Assembly: GCA_963818475.1 (NCBI GenBank)
Contig: CAWFSF010000003.1
Coordinates: forward strand, 96,001 to 160,000
From: Nitrospirota bacterium
GTDB lineage: Bacteria; Nitrospirota; UBA9217
Length of the DNA: 64,000 nt
Direction of reading: 5' to 3'
The notes under the pieces were generated by a model. The model was not told the origin of the DNA, made no database searches, and was given only the letters and a program-made list of their open reading frames with translations. Shown one piece after another: positions 51,514 through 61,481 of this stretch. The translations under genes and the position numbers were made by a program. The stretch's first letter is position 1. Each line of letters begins with the position of its first letter.

Positions 51514-54444
51514 TCACAGCGTCACCGCCAAATGGTGATCTATCACCGTGACGGACATAATGTCGAAAATACCGCCAGTATCTTTGTATTTTGGATCGGT
51601 CAGATCTTCATATCGTCCGATTTGATTGTAGGCGTCCTGAATTTCACCGTTGACTTGTCCACGATATGCGCCATTTAGAAAAACGACATCCTCCCGGTGT
51701 GCCCTGACGGTACTATGGATGTCCGGGTCTGCTGCCTTCTGCTCGGTAACTTGCTTAATATAAAGGGCCTGTTCTTCGCTGATATCGAACTTAGTTCGAA
51801 TCTCAGCAATCATATCCTGAACAGTAACTTTTATGAGTGGTGGGCCAGATCCTTTCTGGCTTGTGCCAGTTTTTAGTTTGACGGGGCCGCCGCTGCGTAC
51901 CACGCCTTGGTATTCCACGGCCGCCTTGACAACCTCTGTCTGTCTAATCTGCCTCATCAAATCAGATACGCTGCCTTGTTTGATGAGCTGCGGTCCAACG
52001 TATTCCGCGAATGTCGCGAACTCTTTGATCGCTGGCGAATAGGTAAAAAAGCAAGTGAGGAAATGAAAGCTTTTAACGAAACGAGCAAGCAAGTAAACAA
52101 AATCTTTGCGCTCCTCAGTGTCGACAAGCTTCTCCTGGCATCGCGTCCGAAGCGAATTTACTATGAACTGCACCTGGGCGTCAGTGCCCGTAGCGAGCAC
52201 TTGCACAAAATCTGTCGCATCTTTCTGAGTAAACACCCCTGCCGTTAGGATCTCAGCGTATAATTTCGGACAAAGCTCCTGGTCCGGTTCTTCTGGTTCA
52301 AACGGTGTACCTTTGCGGTACTTGGAAAATGCCTTGAGAATGGCCTTTGCATTGTTGGTAAAGTCCACTACTATGACATCTTTTTTCCCCTCATAGCAGC
52401 GGTTCAATCGGGACAATGTCTGAACGGCATTGCGGTCCATAACGGGTTTGTCTAGGAACATACCGGCAAGCAGTGGTTGGTCGAAACCTGTTTGAAACTT
52501 ATTAGCAACGATCATCAGCCGGTAGTCATCGCCCTCAAAGCGCTCCTCGATCAACTCCCCTTCCTTCAATTCATTCACTGCATGTTCATTGATATTTGCG
52601 TTCGTTACAGTGTGAACGAAATCTGAAAATGCATAGAGCACCTTGTAGTCAGCGCCACGCTCTTTAAGCTTTTCTTTAATGATCTGGAAATATCGCAGCC
52701 CAGCCACGCGGGAACTGGTTACGATCATAGCCTTAGCGCGATTATTAATAAGATGCTTCACATCTTTCTCAAAGATACGCAGCATCACTTCAGCCTTGTA
52801 TTGAATCAGCCCTTCGTCATTGAATGCTACATTCTTCAGCGCCTTTGCGACAATGCCTTTAGGATAGAGCTTTTCCTCCTCGTCCGAGTTGGGCACTACC
52901 TGACAATGCAGATTGTAAAGTGTTTTGTAGGAAATGATGCTGGCTGCCACATCTACGATATAACCTTCTTCGATTGCTTCAGCTTCACTGTATGTGTCAA
53001 ATGGTTCGCCGAACAAGCTGACGGTCGCCGGCGCTGGCGTAGCTGTGAATGCAACGAATAACTGATTAAGGTCGTGTTCCCGGATAACCTTGGCTATTTG
53101 TTCTTCCTGGTCTTGTTCAGTAGCTTCTTCATCCGGTTCGTTTGCCTGTCTGAAAGGCAGCCGGATGGCCGCCCCCATTTGGCCTTCCTGCGAACGGTGA
53201 GCTTCATCTATTAAGAAGGCAACTCGCAGCTTTTTCAGTTCAGGATTTCTTTCTATCTCTTCCAGCACCCATGCAAATTTCTGTTGAGTCGTCACAATGA
53301 TCGGCTTTCGCTCCGCGAGGAAGCGCGGCAGGTCGGCGGACTTCCGTGCCAGACCCACAATGTCCTTAAGGTGCGTAAAGTGCTCGACCTCATCTTTTAT
53401 GTTTGTGTCCAGCGACTTGCGATCGGTAAGTATGAATACCTGGTCCACCAGTTTCTCGTTCGTGCGAGGCTTAAAAAGGCTGTGCAGGCGGTCCGCCAGC
53501 CAGCACATAGTGAGCGTTTTGCCACTGCCGGCGGAATGGTTGATGAGATACTTGCGGCCGATGTTGGCCTTCGATGCGAATTGTGCCGAGATGTCTTCTG
53601 CCACCTTTCTCACCGTACGACTCTGGTGGTAACGGGGAAATAGGGTGAAAGCAGCGTGCGCCGGTTTGTCTTCATCGGCCTCTCGTTCCGGCACGCGGAC
53701 CAGAAAGAATGAAAGCGCTTCGAACAACTGCTCCTTGGATAGCACCTCGCCGTAAAGGAATTCCACTGGGTATTCGCTGCCATCCTTAGTGACGGGCTCG
53801 TTCTTCAGGCCCGTATTATGCCAGCGGAAGTTTTGTTCGCGGCGCGGGTCTGTGGCAGCCATCACATCGCTTGTGTCAGCAGCAAGGTAAAGGAACGGGT
53901 GTTGGAAAATATTGCGTGCATGATCGCGTGCAGCAAATTGTGCCACAGCATCATGCACGGTCTGATTCTTCTCGTGTTTCAACTCCAACGCCACGATAGG
54001 CAGACCGTTGAGGAAAACGACGAAATCAATCTCCTGATTGGTTTCGCCGAAGTAGAAATGTGGCCGAAAGGTAATGCGGTTCTCGCCGAATTTGCTGGTG
54101 GCTGTGCTCTCATCGGAGCGGGGCTTTGGATAGAAAAGCCGAAACTCCTGCCCGCGCACTTTTAATCCATGGCGGAGGAGTATCCACAACGGCGTGTGCT
54201 TCAGTTCCTTGCGTAGGGCTTTAAACACCTCGTCTCGCGCGTCTGCTCCGTAGTCATCTGCAAGCTTTTTGAGCGTACCGGACTGCGTGGCTTTGAGGAA
54301 TCCCCAAAGCTGATCTTCTGCAATGTAGTGCTCGGTGTCCGTGATATCAGACTGTTCGAGCAAACCATAACCGTGTTCGCGGATCAGGAAGTCCGCGATA
54401 TGCTTTTGAAAGACCAGTTCAGGTGCTTTCTTTCGATTAGCCAT
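51514..54444 (-). CDS. hsdR: Type I restriction endonuclease subunit R
   Basis: EIDFVVFLNGLPIVALELK, HSAGSGKT, DEAH, FTATP, KFQTGFDQP. Confidence 0.95.
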   Translation of the reverse strand: MANRKKAPELVFQKHIADFLIREHGYGLLEQSDITDTEHYIAEDQLWGFLKATQSGTLKKLADDYGADARDEVFKALRKELKHTPLWILLRHGLKVRGQEFRLFYPKPRSDESTATSKFGENRITFRPHFYFGETNQEIDFVVFLNGLPIVALELKHEKNQTVHDAVAQFAARDHARNIFQHPFLYLAADTSDVMAATDPRREQNFRWHNTGLKNEPVTKDGSEYPVEFLYGEVLSKEQLFEALSFFLVRVPEREADEDKPAHAAFTLFPRYHQSRTVRKVAEDISAQFASKANIGRKYLINHSAGSGKTLTMCWLADRLHSLFKPRTNEKLVDQVFILTDRKSLDTNIKDEVEHFTHLKDIVGLARKSADLPRFLAERKPIIVTTQQKFAWVLEEIERNPELKKLRVAFLIDEAHRSQEGQMGAAIRLPFRQANEPDEEATEQDQEEQIAKVIREHDLNQLFVAFTATPAPATVSLFGEPFDTYSEAEAIEEGYIVDVAASIISYKTLYNLHCQVVPNSDEEEKLYPKGIVAKALKNVAFNDEGLIQYKAEVMLRIFEKDVKHLINNRAKAMIVTSSRVAGLRYFQIIKEKLKERGADYKVLYAFSDFVHTVTNANINEHAVNELKEGELIEERFEGDDYRLMIVANKFQTGFDQPLLAGMFLDKPVMDRNAVQTLSRLNRCYEGKKDVIVVDFTNNAKAILKAFSKYRKGTPFEPEEPDQELCPKLYAEILTAGVFTQKDATDFVQVLATGTDAQVQFIVNSLRTRCQEKLVDTEERKDFVYLLARFVKSFHFLTCFFTYSPAIKEFATFAEYVGPQLIKQGSVSDLMRQIRQTEVVKAAVEYQGVVRSGGPVKLKTGTSQKGSGPPLIKVTVQDMIAEIRTKFDISEEQALYIKQVTEQKAADPDIHSTVRAHREDVVFLNGAYRGQVNGEIQDAYNQIGRYEDLTDPKYKDTGGIFDIMSVTVIDHHLAVTL

Positions 54445-55132
54445 TCGTTTTTACCTGGTTCAAGTCCGCAGCTGTGACCCGCCTCTGGCCGGCGATGCAT
54501 TCATTTATCAACGCTTTGCGATACGCAAATAGGGTTCCCATTTGCCTATTCAGAACTCCAATTGGTCGGGCGATTTCGTTTGGTGCCTTGTGTAGCGATG
54601 CCACCGAATCCAACACGGTGCATTTACTGTCCAAGTATGTCACTATTAATTTTTGTTCTTGGACCGTTGGAAGCGGCAATACAAGGGACCCAAATTCTTT
54701 GTCACCAACTGCGGGGTAACCAACACCCGTTGCTGATGCCTCAAAATACTGGCGAGCATAATCTGATATAAGGACGTAGTAAGCAAACTTGGGCCAAAGT
54801 CGGTTCTCATCTGTCTGCACGACGTTAAATCCTGTAGAGCAGACTAACCCTGATGGGTCATTCGGAAAGAATGCTACCGCCTGAAGATTGGGGCGAACGG
54901 AGGAAATGATTATGCTGTTCTGAAAAACTAATCGGCGTGCTCGCGATGGTGCGTCCTCAAACCGCAGTTGCTCGATGGCATTTAAATCTACGATGCCGAA
55001 ATAGTCCACGTTGGATATTTCAAGATAAGGAAATTCATAATCGGGAGATGTGCTGGCTGACAAAGAGGCTCGATTAATAGCACAAAGATCCTTCATCCTA
55101 TCATCTTTCCAATCGGAGGGAAAGACACTCAT
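54437..55132 (-). CDS. hsdS: Type I specificity subunit, half-size (single TRD)
   Basis: P.DW, APSRARR, STGF, PLPTVQEQ..IV.YLD, ALI...IAGQ; overlaps both neighbours. Confidence 0.85.
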   Translation of the reverse strand: MSVFPSDWKDDRMKDLCAINRASLSASTSPDYEFPYLEISNVDYFGIVDLNAIEQLRFEDAPSRARRLVFQNSIIISSVRPNLQAVAFFPNDPSGLVCSTGFNVVQTDENRLWPKFAYYVLISDYARQYFEASATGVGYPAVGDKEFGSLVLPLPTVQEQKLIVTYLDSKCTVLDSVASLHKAPNEIARPIGVLNRQMGTLFAYRKALINECIAGQRRVTAADLNQVKTNG

Positions 55133-57126
55133 CGAGAAGCCCCTCCCTTTTCAAGCAAACCAACCATTTTCTCTGCTTCCTTCTCCAGTGTCCAAAACTC
55201 TGCTAACAAGTCCTTAGCTGGTGTGGGCGGTTGGTAGCGGTAGAAATATTTGTTCGGCAATATTTCATAGCCGAGCTGCGGGCTGTCTTCCCAGCGGATG
55301 ATGGGCTTGGCGATTTCGCGCTTCAGAAACGCTTCAATATCCTCGCCGTGCGGAATGTACTCGTCATCCTGCACGTAGTGCCTGTGCGTCCATTCGACAG
55401 AAAGGACTTCAGGTCGATCTCCGAGAGCTTCCTTTAACTTCTTAGCGGCGCTGTCTCCTGGTTTGAGGACGAACTCCACGGTCTTCTCTTTGATATCAGT
55501 CTTCACGCGCACGCGGAAGGTGATGTCGTTTTCATGAAACGTCTGTTCTTTGGAAAGGTTGGTTGCGGTGAACGCCTTCTCGTAAGGCTCGGTGACGATG
55601 GCGGGCTGGTCGTGCTCGTCAGTCTGCCAGAAAACCACCTTGACCTTATGAAACGCGAAGTCCTTCCCACGGTAGAGCTTTACATGCTCATCATCAAAAC
55701 TGGGTTTCCAGCCTTTGCGATAACGCTCCTCGATCCATTGCCGGTGAGTGTCAGTCATCCGGTTGCGTTTGTTGCCGAAAGACTTCGGCTCTTTCTCGAA
55801 CTGTTGGCGAGCGTCGATCAGCATCACACGGCTGCGATGGGTGACGGGCTTCTCGTTTCGTAGCAGCCAAATGTAGGTAAAGATGCCAGTGTTGTAGAAC
55901 ATCTGGTCGGGTAACATAACGATAGCATCGAGCCAGTCATTTTCCAGAATCCATCGGCGGATTTCACTCTCGCCTGAGCCACAATCCCCGTTGCAGAGTG
56001 GAGAACCATTGAAGATGATAGCGATGCGACTGCCGCCGTCTTCGGGCAAGACCATCTTCACCAGCATCGTTTGCAGGAAGAGCAGCGCGCCGTCGTTCAC
56101 GCGCGGCATACCAGCCTGGTAGCGAGTCCCCTCCAACTTTTTCGCCTCTGTTTCATATCCGTCCTTGCCGCCCCACGTAACGCCGAAGGGCGGATTGCTG
56201 AGCATGCGGTTGAAGCGGTATTTCGTTTCCGAAAACTGGTCTCCAGGCTCTTTGCTGCGCGAATCGTGCGGAATGAGAGAATTGCCAAGCAGGACCGTCG
56301 CCTGTTTGTCGTTCTTAATAAGAAAGTCGGCCTTACAGATGGCGTAGTTAATAGGCGATAGCTCCTGGCAATGAAGGGTAAGGAACTTCTCAACGCGTTC
56401 CTTTTCCGCCGGAGTGGCAGCGCGATCAAGCATGTGCTCTTTAGCAATGGATACCATGCCGCCTGTTCCGCCAGCCGGGTCGTAAATGGAAAAATGCCGG
56501 TCCGGGATCGGTATCTCCAATAACTCGACCATGAGCCGGATAACCTCACGCGGGGTGAAGTGCTCTCCAGCTTCCTCGCCGCTTTGTTCTGAGAATCGCC
56601 GGAGCAGCTCCTCGTAAATGTACCCCATCTCCAGGCCGGAAAGCTGATCCGGCCCAAGGTTCAGTTCCTTGTATTGATTCAGGATCGGGGCGAGCCGGTT
56701 GTTCTTCACCATCGTGCCGATGATGGCGCGGTAGTTAAAGTGCTCAATGATGTCGTCAACATTCTTTGAGAAGCCGTTGATATAGGCGCGGAAGTTTTCT
56801 TCGAGCAGCGTATGGTCTTCCTCGTACACTTTACGAAGCGTCCAGTCGGTCTTGTTTGAAAATGGTGACTGCTTGGGATTCAGCTCAAGTTCTTTTACAA
56901 GCTTTTTAAGCTCCTTCTCTGTGAGCTTTGGCCGCTTAGCCAGCACCTCGGCTCGCTTTGCCTCACGCCATGCAAGCAACACGCACTCCAGACGTCGTAT
57001 AACTATGATCGGCAGTATGACGCCTTGGTATTCGTAAGCCTTGAACTTTCCGCGAAGTCGTTCGGCAGATTTCCAGATGTCACCGGCAAGGTTGTCGAGC
57101 TTTGGTTTGTTAAGGGAGAGTGCCAT
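55129..57126 (-). CDS. hsdM: Type I methyltransferase subunit M (N6-adenine)
   Basis: GEHFTPREVI, YDPAGGTGG, NPPF, MFYNTGI. Confidence 0.95.
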   Translation of the reverse strand: MALSLNKPKLDNLAGDIWKSAERLRGKFKAYEYQGVILPIIVIRRLECVLLAWREAKRAEVLAKRPKLTEKELKKLVKELELNPKQSPFSNKTDWTLRKVYEEDHTLLEENFRAYINGFSKNVDDIIEHFNYRAIIGTMVKNNRLAPILNQYKELNLGPDQLSGLEMGYIYEELLRRFSEQSGEEAGEHFTPREVIRLMVELLEIPIPDRHFSIYDPAGGTGGMVSIAKEHMLDRAATPAEKERVEKFLTLHCQELSPINYAICKADFLIKNDKQATVLLGNSLIPHDSRSKEPGDQFSETKYRFNRMLSNPPFGVTWGGKDGYETEAKKLEGTRYQAGMPRVNDGALLFLQTMLVKMVLPEDGGSRIAIIFNGSPLCNGDCGSGESEIRRWILENDWLDAIVMLPDQMFYNTGIFTYIWLLRNEKPVTHRSRVMLIDARQQFEKEPKSFGNKRNRMTDTHRQWIEERYRKGWKPSFDDEHVKLYRGKDFAFHKVKVVFWQTDEHDQPAIVTEPYEKAFTATNLSKEQTFHENDITFRVRVKTDIKEKTVEFVLKPGDSAAKKLKEALGDRPEVLSVEWTHRHYVQDDEYIPHGEDIEAFLKREIAKPIIRWEDSPQLGYEILPNKYFYRYQPPTPAKDLLAEFWTLEKEAEKMVGLLEKGGASR

Positions 57127-57158
57127 TATGTTTCTATATATCCTTTCAACTGTTAGTT

Positions 57159-58094
57159 CTATCCGTTATTGGGCCAGGCTTTTGAAAAAACCTGTTTGAA
57201 CTTAATGGCTGCAGCGACAAGCCATGCGAATGCTTCGTCCCGTTGTCGGCTACTTATGTCAAACTTACGCGTCAAGCGTATACGGCTAGCTTTTTTCTCT
57301 GGCAATTCCTGCCACAACAGCGCACCAAGACCAAGCTCTTTCTCAATTGCCTCTTTGTTTGAAAAGAGTGTCGCGTACAAAGCTTTTGAGTTTGGAATAT
57401 ACAGCTCGCAGCCTATTTGATCTTCTAACGTAAGCACTGTCAGAGTGAGATGACTATCCGACCGCCCTATTGAGACATCGTACCAATGTTGTGCTCGTGG
57501 TGTGCGCAACTTTAGGGCCGAATTAACTGCGGCATAATCACGAAGTTGTGTCCAAAATTCAAGTTGAAGAAGTTTCGTATCTGTTAGTTCATTCGGGTCA
57601 GTACTCGTCCCGCCACGAACGGTTTTTGTCCAATCATTGGGTCTGGAAATAATAACAAACTTTGGAGCAGGATCAGACTCGCCTATTTTCCAAAGCTCAA
57701 TGCGGACAAGGAAGAAATTCAGTTTTTCATCAGTATGTTCATTGAGCCAGTCGACTGCTTGCTTGTGCTCATCTCTTACATCTTTAACGATCCATACGAT
57801 GTATTCCGCTTCAATTCCTGCTGCATAGGTGAGAATCTGGCCCAGGTGACAATGGTCTGTTGCTTCCAGCTGGTTTTCAATAACGATTTTCTTGCCGGTA
57901 TTCTCTTCCTGGGCCAGGATATCTGCGCTGAATCTGCCTACTCCTGCCTCGGTTTGTATTAACTCAATATCAAGTCCTATTTCATCCCCTAATTCCGCAA
58001 GGTTCTCCGGTTCGGCAAGCCAGCTTGTAAAGTTAAGCGCCTCATGCTTCCAGTACTCGCGCAGATCTACGTTTGTCAGTTTTCCGAGCTTCAT
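57159..58094 (-). CDS. DUF4268 domain protein with N-terminal PD-(D/E)xK-like domain
   Basis: W.HEA..FT.WL, ADIL...IENQL..TDH.HLGQ, LEFW. Confidence 0.85.
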   Translation of the reverse strand: MKLGKLTNVDLREYWKHEALNFTSWLAEPENLAELGDEIGLDIELIQTEAGVGRFSADILAQEENTGKKIVIENQLEATDHCHLGQILTYAAGIEAEYIVWIVKDVRDEHKQAVDWLNEHTDEKLNFFLVRIELWKIGESDPAPKFVIISRPNDWTKTVRGGTSTDPNELTDTKLLQLEFWTQLRDYAAVNSALKLRTPRAQHWYDVSIGRSDSHLTLTVLTLEDQIGCELYIPNSKALYATLFSNKEAIEKELGLGALLWQELPEKKASRIRLTRKFDISSRQRDEAFAWLVAAAIKFKQVFSKAWPNNG

Positions 58095-58137
58095 TGTGTC
58101 TCCTTTGCAGATAGAGCAATGGTATCGTGAGGATGTT

Positions 58138-58464
58138 TTATTGGGACTGACTACATAGGTATGCCTCGCCTCTTACAGCAGAACCGGACGTGCCCGTTGT
58201 AACGTTTAGGAGATGAACTGTATTTGCTCTCATGTTGGCTGCATTATTTCTAATTTCCCGCATAGCATTCTCTTCTGCTGCTCCTTGGCCGGAAATACCG
58301 CCATTCATGTGGTCAGTGCCTTTTACTTGGCCAATGTATTTGCAGTTTCGTACTACCTCTGCGTTAGAGGTGAGGCGAACTGCTTCGCCTTCCGGTGTAA
58401 GCCCTACGGTGACGCACGAGGAACAAAGTAAGAAAACAAAAAGTAATAAGCATTTTTCTATCAC
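58138..58464 (-). CDS. DUF4156-like lipoprotein
   Basis: Lipobox SSC; CKYIGQV, RNNAA..RANTV, GEAYLC. Confidence 0.75.
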   Translation of the reverse strand: MIEKCLLLFVFLLCSSCVTVGLTPEGEAVRLTSNAEVVRNCKYIGQVKGTDHMNGGISGQGAAEENAMREIRNNAANMRANTVHLLNVTTGTSGSAVRGEAYLCSQSQ

Positions 58465-58572
58465 AACAGTCTCCTTTTATTACCACAGTAAAACCGGACA
58501 CATCAGCATTATGCCGCTATCGGAGATCGTAATGGTGATGATCGTACGCTGCCGCAGGCTGAAACATGAAGC

Positions 58573-60380
58573 GAGTCTGTAGAAAAAGCCAGTTTGAATA
58601 GCTTGCCTGTTCCCCGTTATCTGGTTCTTTGTGTATCCTGGTGTGGGGACGTTTTTATCGATTCTGCTGATTTATCGGTTTAGGAGAGCTGATTTGTTCT
58701 CGCTACCGCATTTTTCATTCCCTTTCTGCTTCCCTTTACCTCAACTACCCGCGAATCCAAACCCGTATCGATGCACCTTCAATAGATTGTGCACGACGCA
58801 ATAGAGCCGCCACTGAATGCTTACCTTCTTTTTCCCTCGGAGGCTGAAGCGATCCAGGCCGAGGCTGCTCCGGACATTGGCAAAGACGGGTTCGACCGTC
58901 GCCATTCTTCGTCCGTAGATCAGCTTGCCGGCTGACCGAGTCTATCTTCTCCCGCATCTTCTGAGTAAACGTCTTCTCCTTGTTCTCGGTCCTTCCGGTA
59001 AAGTGCGCGAACTGTCGAACTTCAGTCCGGTCGGGTTTCTTCAAGCACTTCTCTCTAAGTTGACAAGGGATGCAATCTCGTCTTCGCTCCTTTGAACCTG
59101 ACAACCTGTAATCCGTGAAACGGTACATTCCCGTGACGGTACATCCGTTTCCCGGCAGGGCAGATGCAGAAGCTTTTGTCAGGGCTGACCGTGAAGTCTC
59201 TCGGCTGAAAAATGATCGGCCGGTCGAATTTTTTGGCCATTTCTTTGTTGAACCTCTCCTTGTGTTTGTCCGCATCCGCAAACCGGGGATCGCGGTGACG
59301 AAACTTGTTGTCGGCGATGTATGCGTCGATGCCGTCCTCAATTACCATCTCCACGTTCTTTTCGGAGTGAAAGCCGCGTCGGTGGTCAGTTTGGTCTTTT
59401 TGAATATGTTCTTTTCCTTGCCGATTGTCTCGAAGTTTTCTCGGGTTCCTTCGACCATGGGTTTTAGTATTGCGGATTCGGAGTCTCCGGTCGCTTCCGC
59501 ATGGACCACTACCTGGTGCTTGCTGTCTACCATCGCCACGCCGTTGTAGCCCTGGACCACACCGTGTGAGGTCTTCATGGTGGCGCTTTCGTTGTCGGTT
59601 ATGTTGCTCTTCCGGGGTTTGCCCTTGCTGCCGGGCTTGTCGTCGTTTTCAGCAAGCCAGGTCTTGATCTTCTTGATCTTCGCCTTGAGCGTTGAAATGT
59701 ACTGTTCTTCCTTCTCGATGACGGCCTTGTCGGTCTCGATGCCATCTCGTTCCTTGTGCTTGGTGATCATCTCCCGGATGGCCTTCTCCATCTTCTCTTT
59801 TTTATGTTCGAGTTCTTCCCTGGTTCCGCTCCATTCCTTCGAGGCGTTCGAGGGGAGCTTGCAGCCGTCTACGGCGAACATCTCTTTGCCGATCAGGCCC
59901 ATCTCGTCGCAGATCAGGAGGACTTCGAGGAAAAGCTTGATCGTCTCCTGGTCGTGCGAGGAGATGAAGTCGGCTATCGTGGTGAAGTGCGGCCGGGTGT
60001 CGGCGGAAAGGGCCATGAAGATTACGTTATCGTTGCAGCAATCGGCAATCTTTCTGCTTGAGGTGATTCCTTTGGAATAGGCGTAGAGGACGATCTTTAA
60101 GAGAATCCGGGGATCGTAGGCCGGAGCGCCGGTCTCATCGTTCTTGTACTGGAGGTCGAAAGCGGAAAGGTCGATGTCGTTGTCGATGAGATAGTGAAGA
60201 GTGTGTTCGAAGGTGCCGTGAAGGATTTGTTTGTCGAAGTTGATCGGAATGAACTTGCCTTGGGAATAATTGTAATCTTTATACTTCGCCATACGCCTCC
60301 CGTAGGTGAGGGGTTTTGATGATGCCTTACAGCGTTTTGATGGCGTCATTATAGCATAAAATGACTTTTCCTACAGGTTC
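58573..60380 (-). mobile_element. IS1182-family insertion sequence (transposase 58745-60292, frameshifted)
   Basis: GAPAYDPRILLKI, PHFTTIADF, AVDGCKL, NITDNES; 18-bp imperfect IRs gagtctgtagaaaaagcc / gacttttcctacaggttc. Confidence 0.9.
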
Positions 60381-60434
60381 AACGCGCGGGTGAGACGCGC
60401 GTCTTTTGCGTCGATTTCGACCCGATGGCTGGCT
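60377..60434 (-). other. attC-like integron recombination site (degenerate)
   Basis: 58 bp, 7 nt after stop codon; GTTCAAC core; cgggt/acccg stem with extrahelical G and T on the bottom strand. Confidence 0.55.
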
Positions 60435-60441
60435 TCTATTT

Positions 60442-61026
60442 CTAAAATTTATAATTAATACCGTACTCGATATTATTGAAGGTCGTTCCGTTGAAATTAT
60501 TCTCTGTTACGCGAAAGGTAGATGGAATCGGAATCAATTCAGCATTTTCTGCTTTTTCTCTATAAAAATATAAAATGAGCACAAAAAGACCGGCTGCGGC
60601 ATTCAGGCAATTTTTCAGATTGCCTTTATGATAATCTGTATTTCTGTGATGTTTAACTTTATTGTATGCGGTCCACCAATCGGGCACTCCCGTCGGTTCG
60701 CTCCAATTAGACCACGGTGTGAGCTCAAGACCAAATCTAGGAATCGTAACTTTGAAATTCTGAAAGCTTGGATACGCAGCCCGAATTTCATTTCGATACT
60801 GATTAATATTTGAAGCTGAAGAATTCGGATTTATTTTTGCGCAAAGTTGCTTCGCAACAACATCTGCTTCTGAGGCAGCAGAGAAAAGGACCCTTGATAT
60901 TTCAAGTGAATAACAATTGAAATTGTTTTCGGCGAATTCAATGTATCGTGACAGCACTTCAAGATCCTTCTCTAAAGCGAGAAAGTAATTCCAGTGCGCC
61001 AAAGACGGGCTTGTCAGAATCACCAC
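60442..61026 (-). CDS. Hypothetical protein, possible HEPN-like
   Basis: WNYFLALEKD, WWTAYNKVKH motif; AT-rich. Confidence 0.75.
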   Translation of the reverse strand: MVILTSPSLAHWNYFLALEKDLEVLSRYIEFAENNFNCYSLEISRVLFSAASEADVVAKQLCAKINPNSSASNINQYRNEIRAAYPSFQNFKVTIPRFGLELTPWSNWSEPTGVPDWWTAYNKVKHHRNTDYHKGNLKNCLNAAAGLFVLILYFYREKAENAELIPIPSTFRVTENNFNGTTFNNIEYGINYKF

Positions 61027-61245
61027 GTTATTCCTCCTGCCAACGATGCAAGCCTACAGTGTCAGGTCTTTTATTTTGGTGTTTCAACTTTTTCCGCCAA
61101 CACAAGCCTTTATTCCCTGGCCCATATCCCAACTTCTGTCCGATCTGCACCCCTGATTGCAGCAGGTTCTCATCGTGGATCGTTGATATCGTGGCCGACC
61201 CGCCCGCGACAATTTGCTGCATGAGTGTAGCTGATTGAGTACTCG

Positions 61246-61272
61246 CTGTCACCTGTCGAAAATGACAGGTGT
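61246..61272. repeat. 27-bp palindromic repeat, copy 2
   Basis: ctgtcacctgtcgaaaatgacaggtgt. Confidence 0.8.
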
Positions 61273-61283
61273 CCAAGCCATGA

Positions 61284-61372
61284 TCAAATCTCCTTCAGTC
61301 TCTTATGGATGATATCCAGCTCGCGCCGCGGAATGGTCTGCTCCGTGAAAGCCTGTGGATTTTCCTTGAACA
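61284..61372 (-). pseudogene. RelE/Gp49-like toxin C-terminal remnant
   Basis: Manual translation QAFTEQTIPRRELDIIHKRLKEI-stop. Confidence 0.4.
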
Positions 61373-61481
61373 AAGAAAAGCCGGTCAAAGATGATTTTAC
61401 TCATTTTAACCGGCTCGGACTGTTCTTATAACGATAGTAAACGACCGCGCACCTGTCAAGTCTTTGCTTAACACTTTTATA

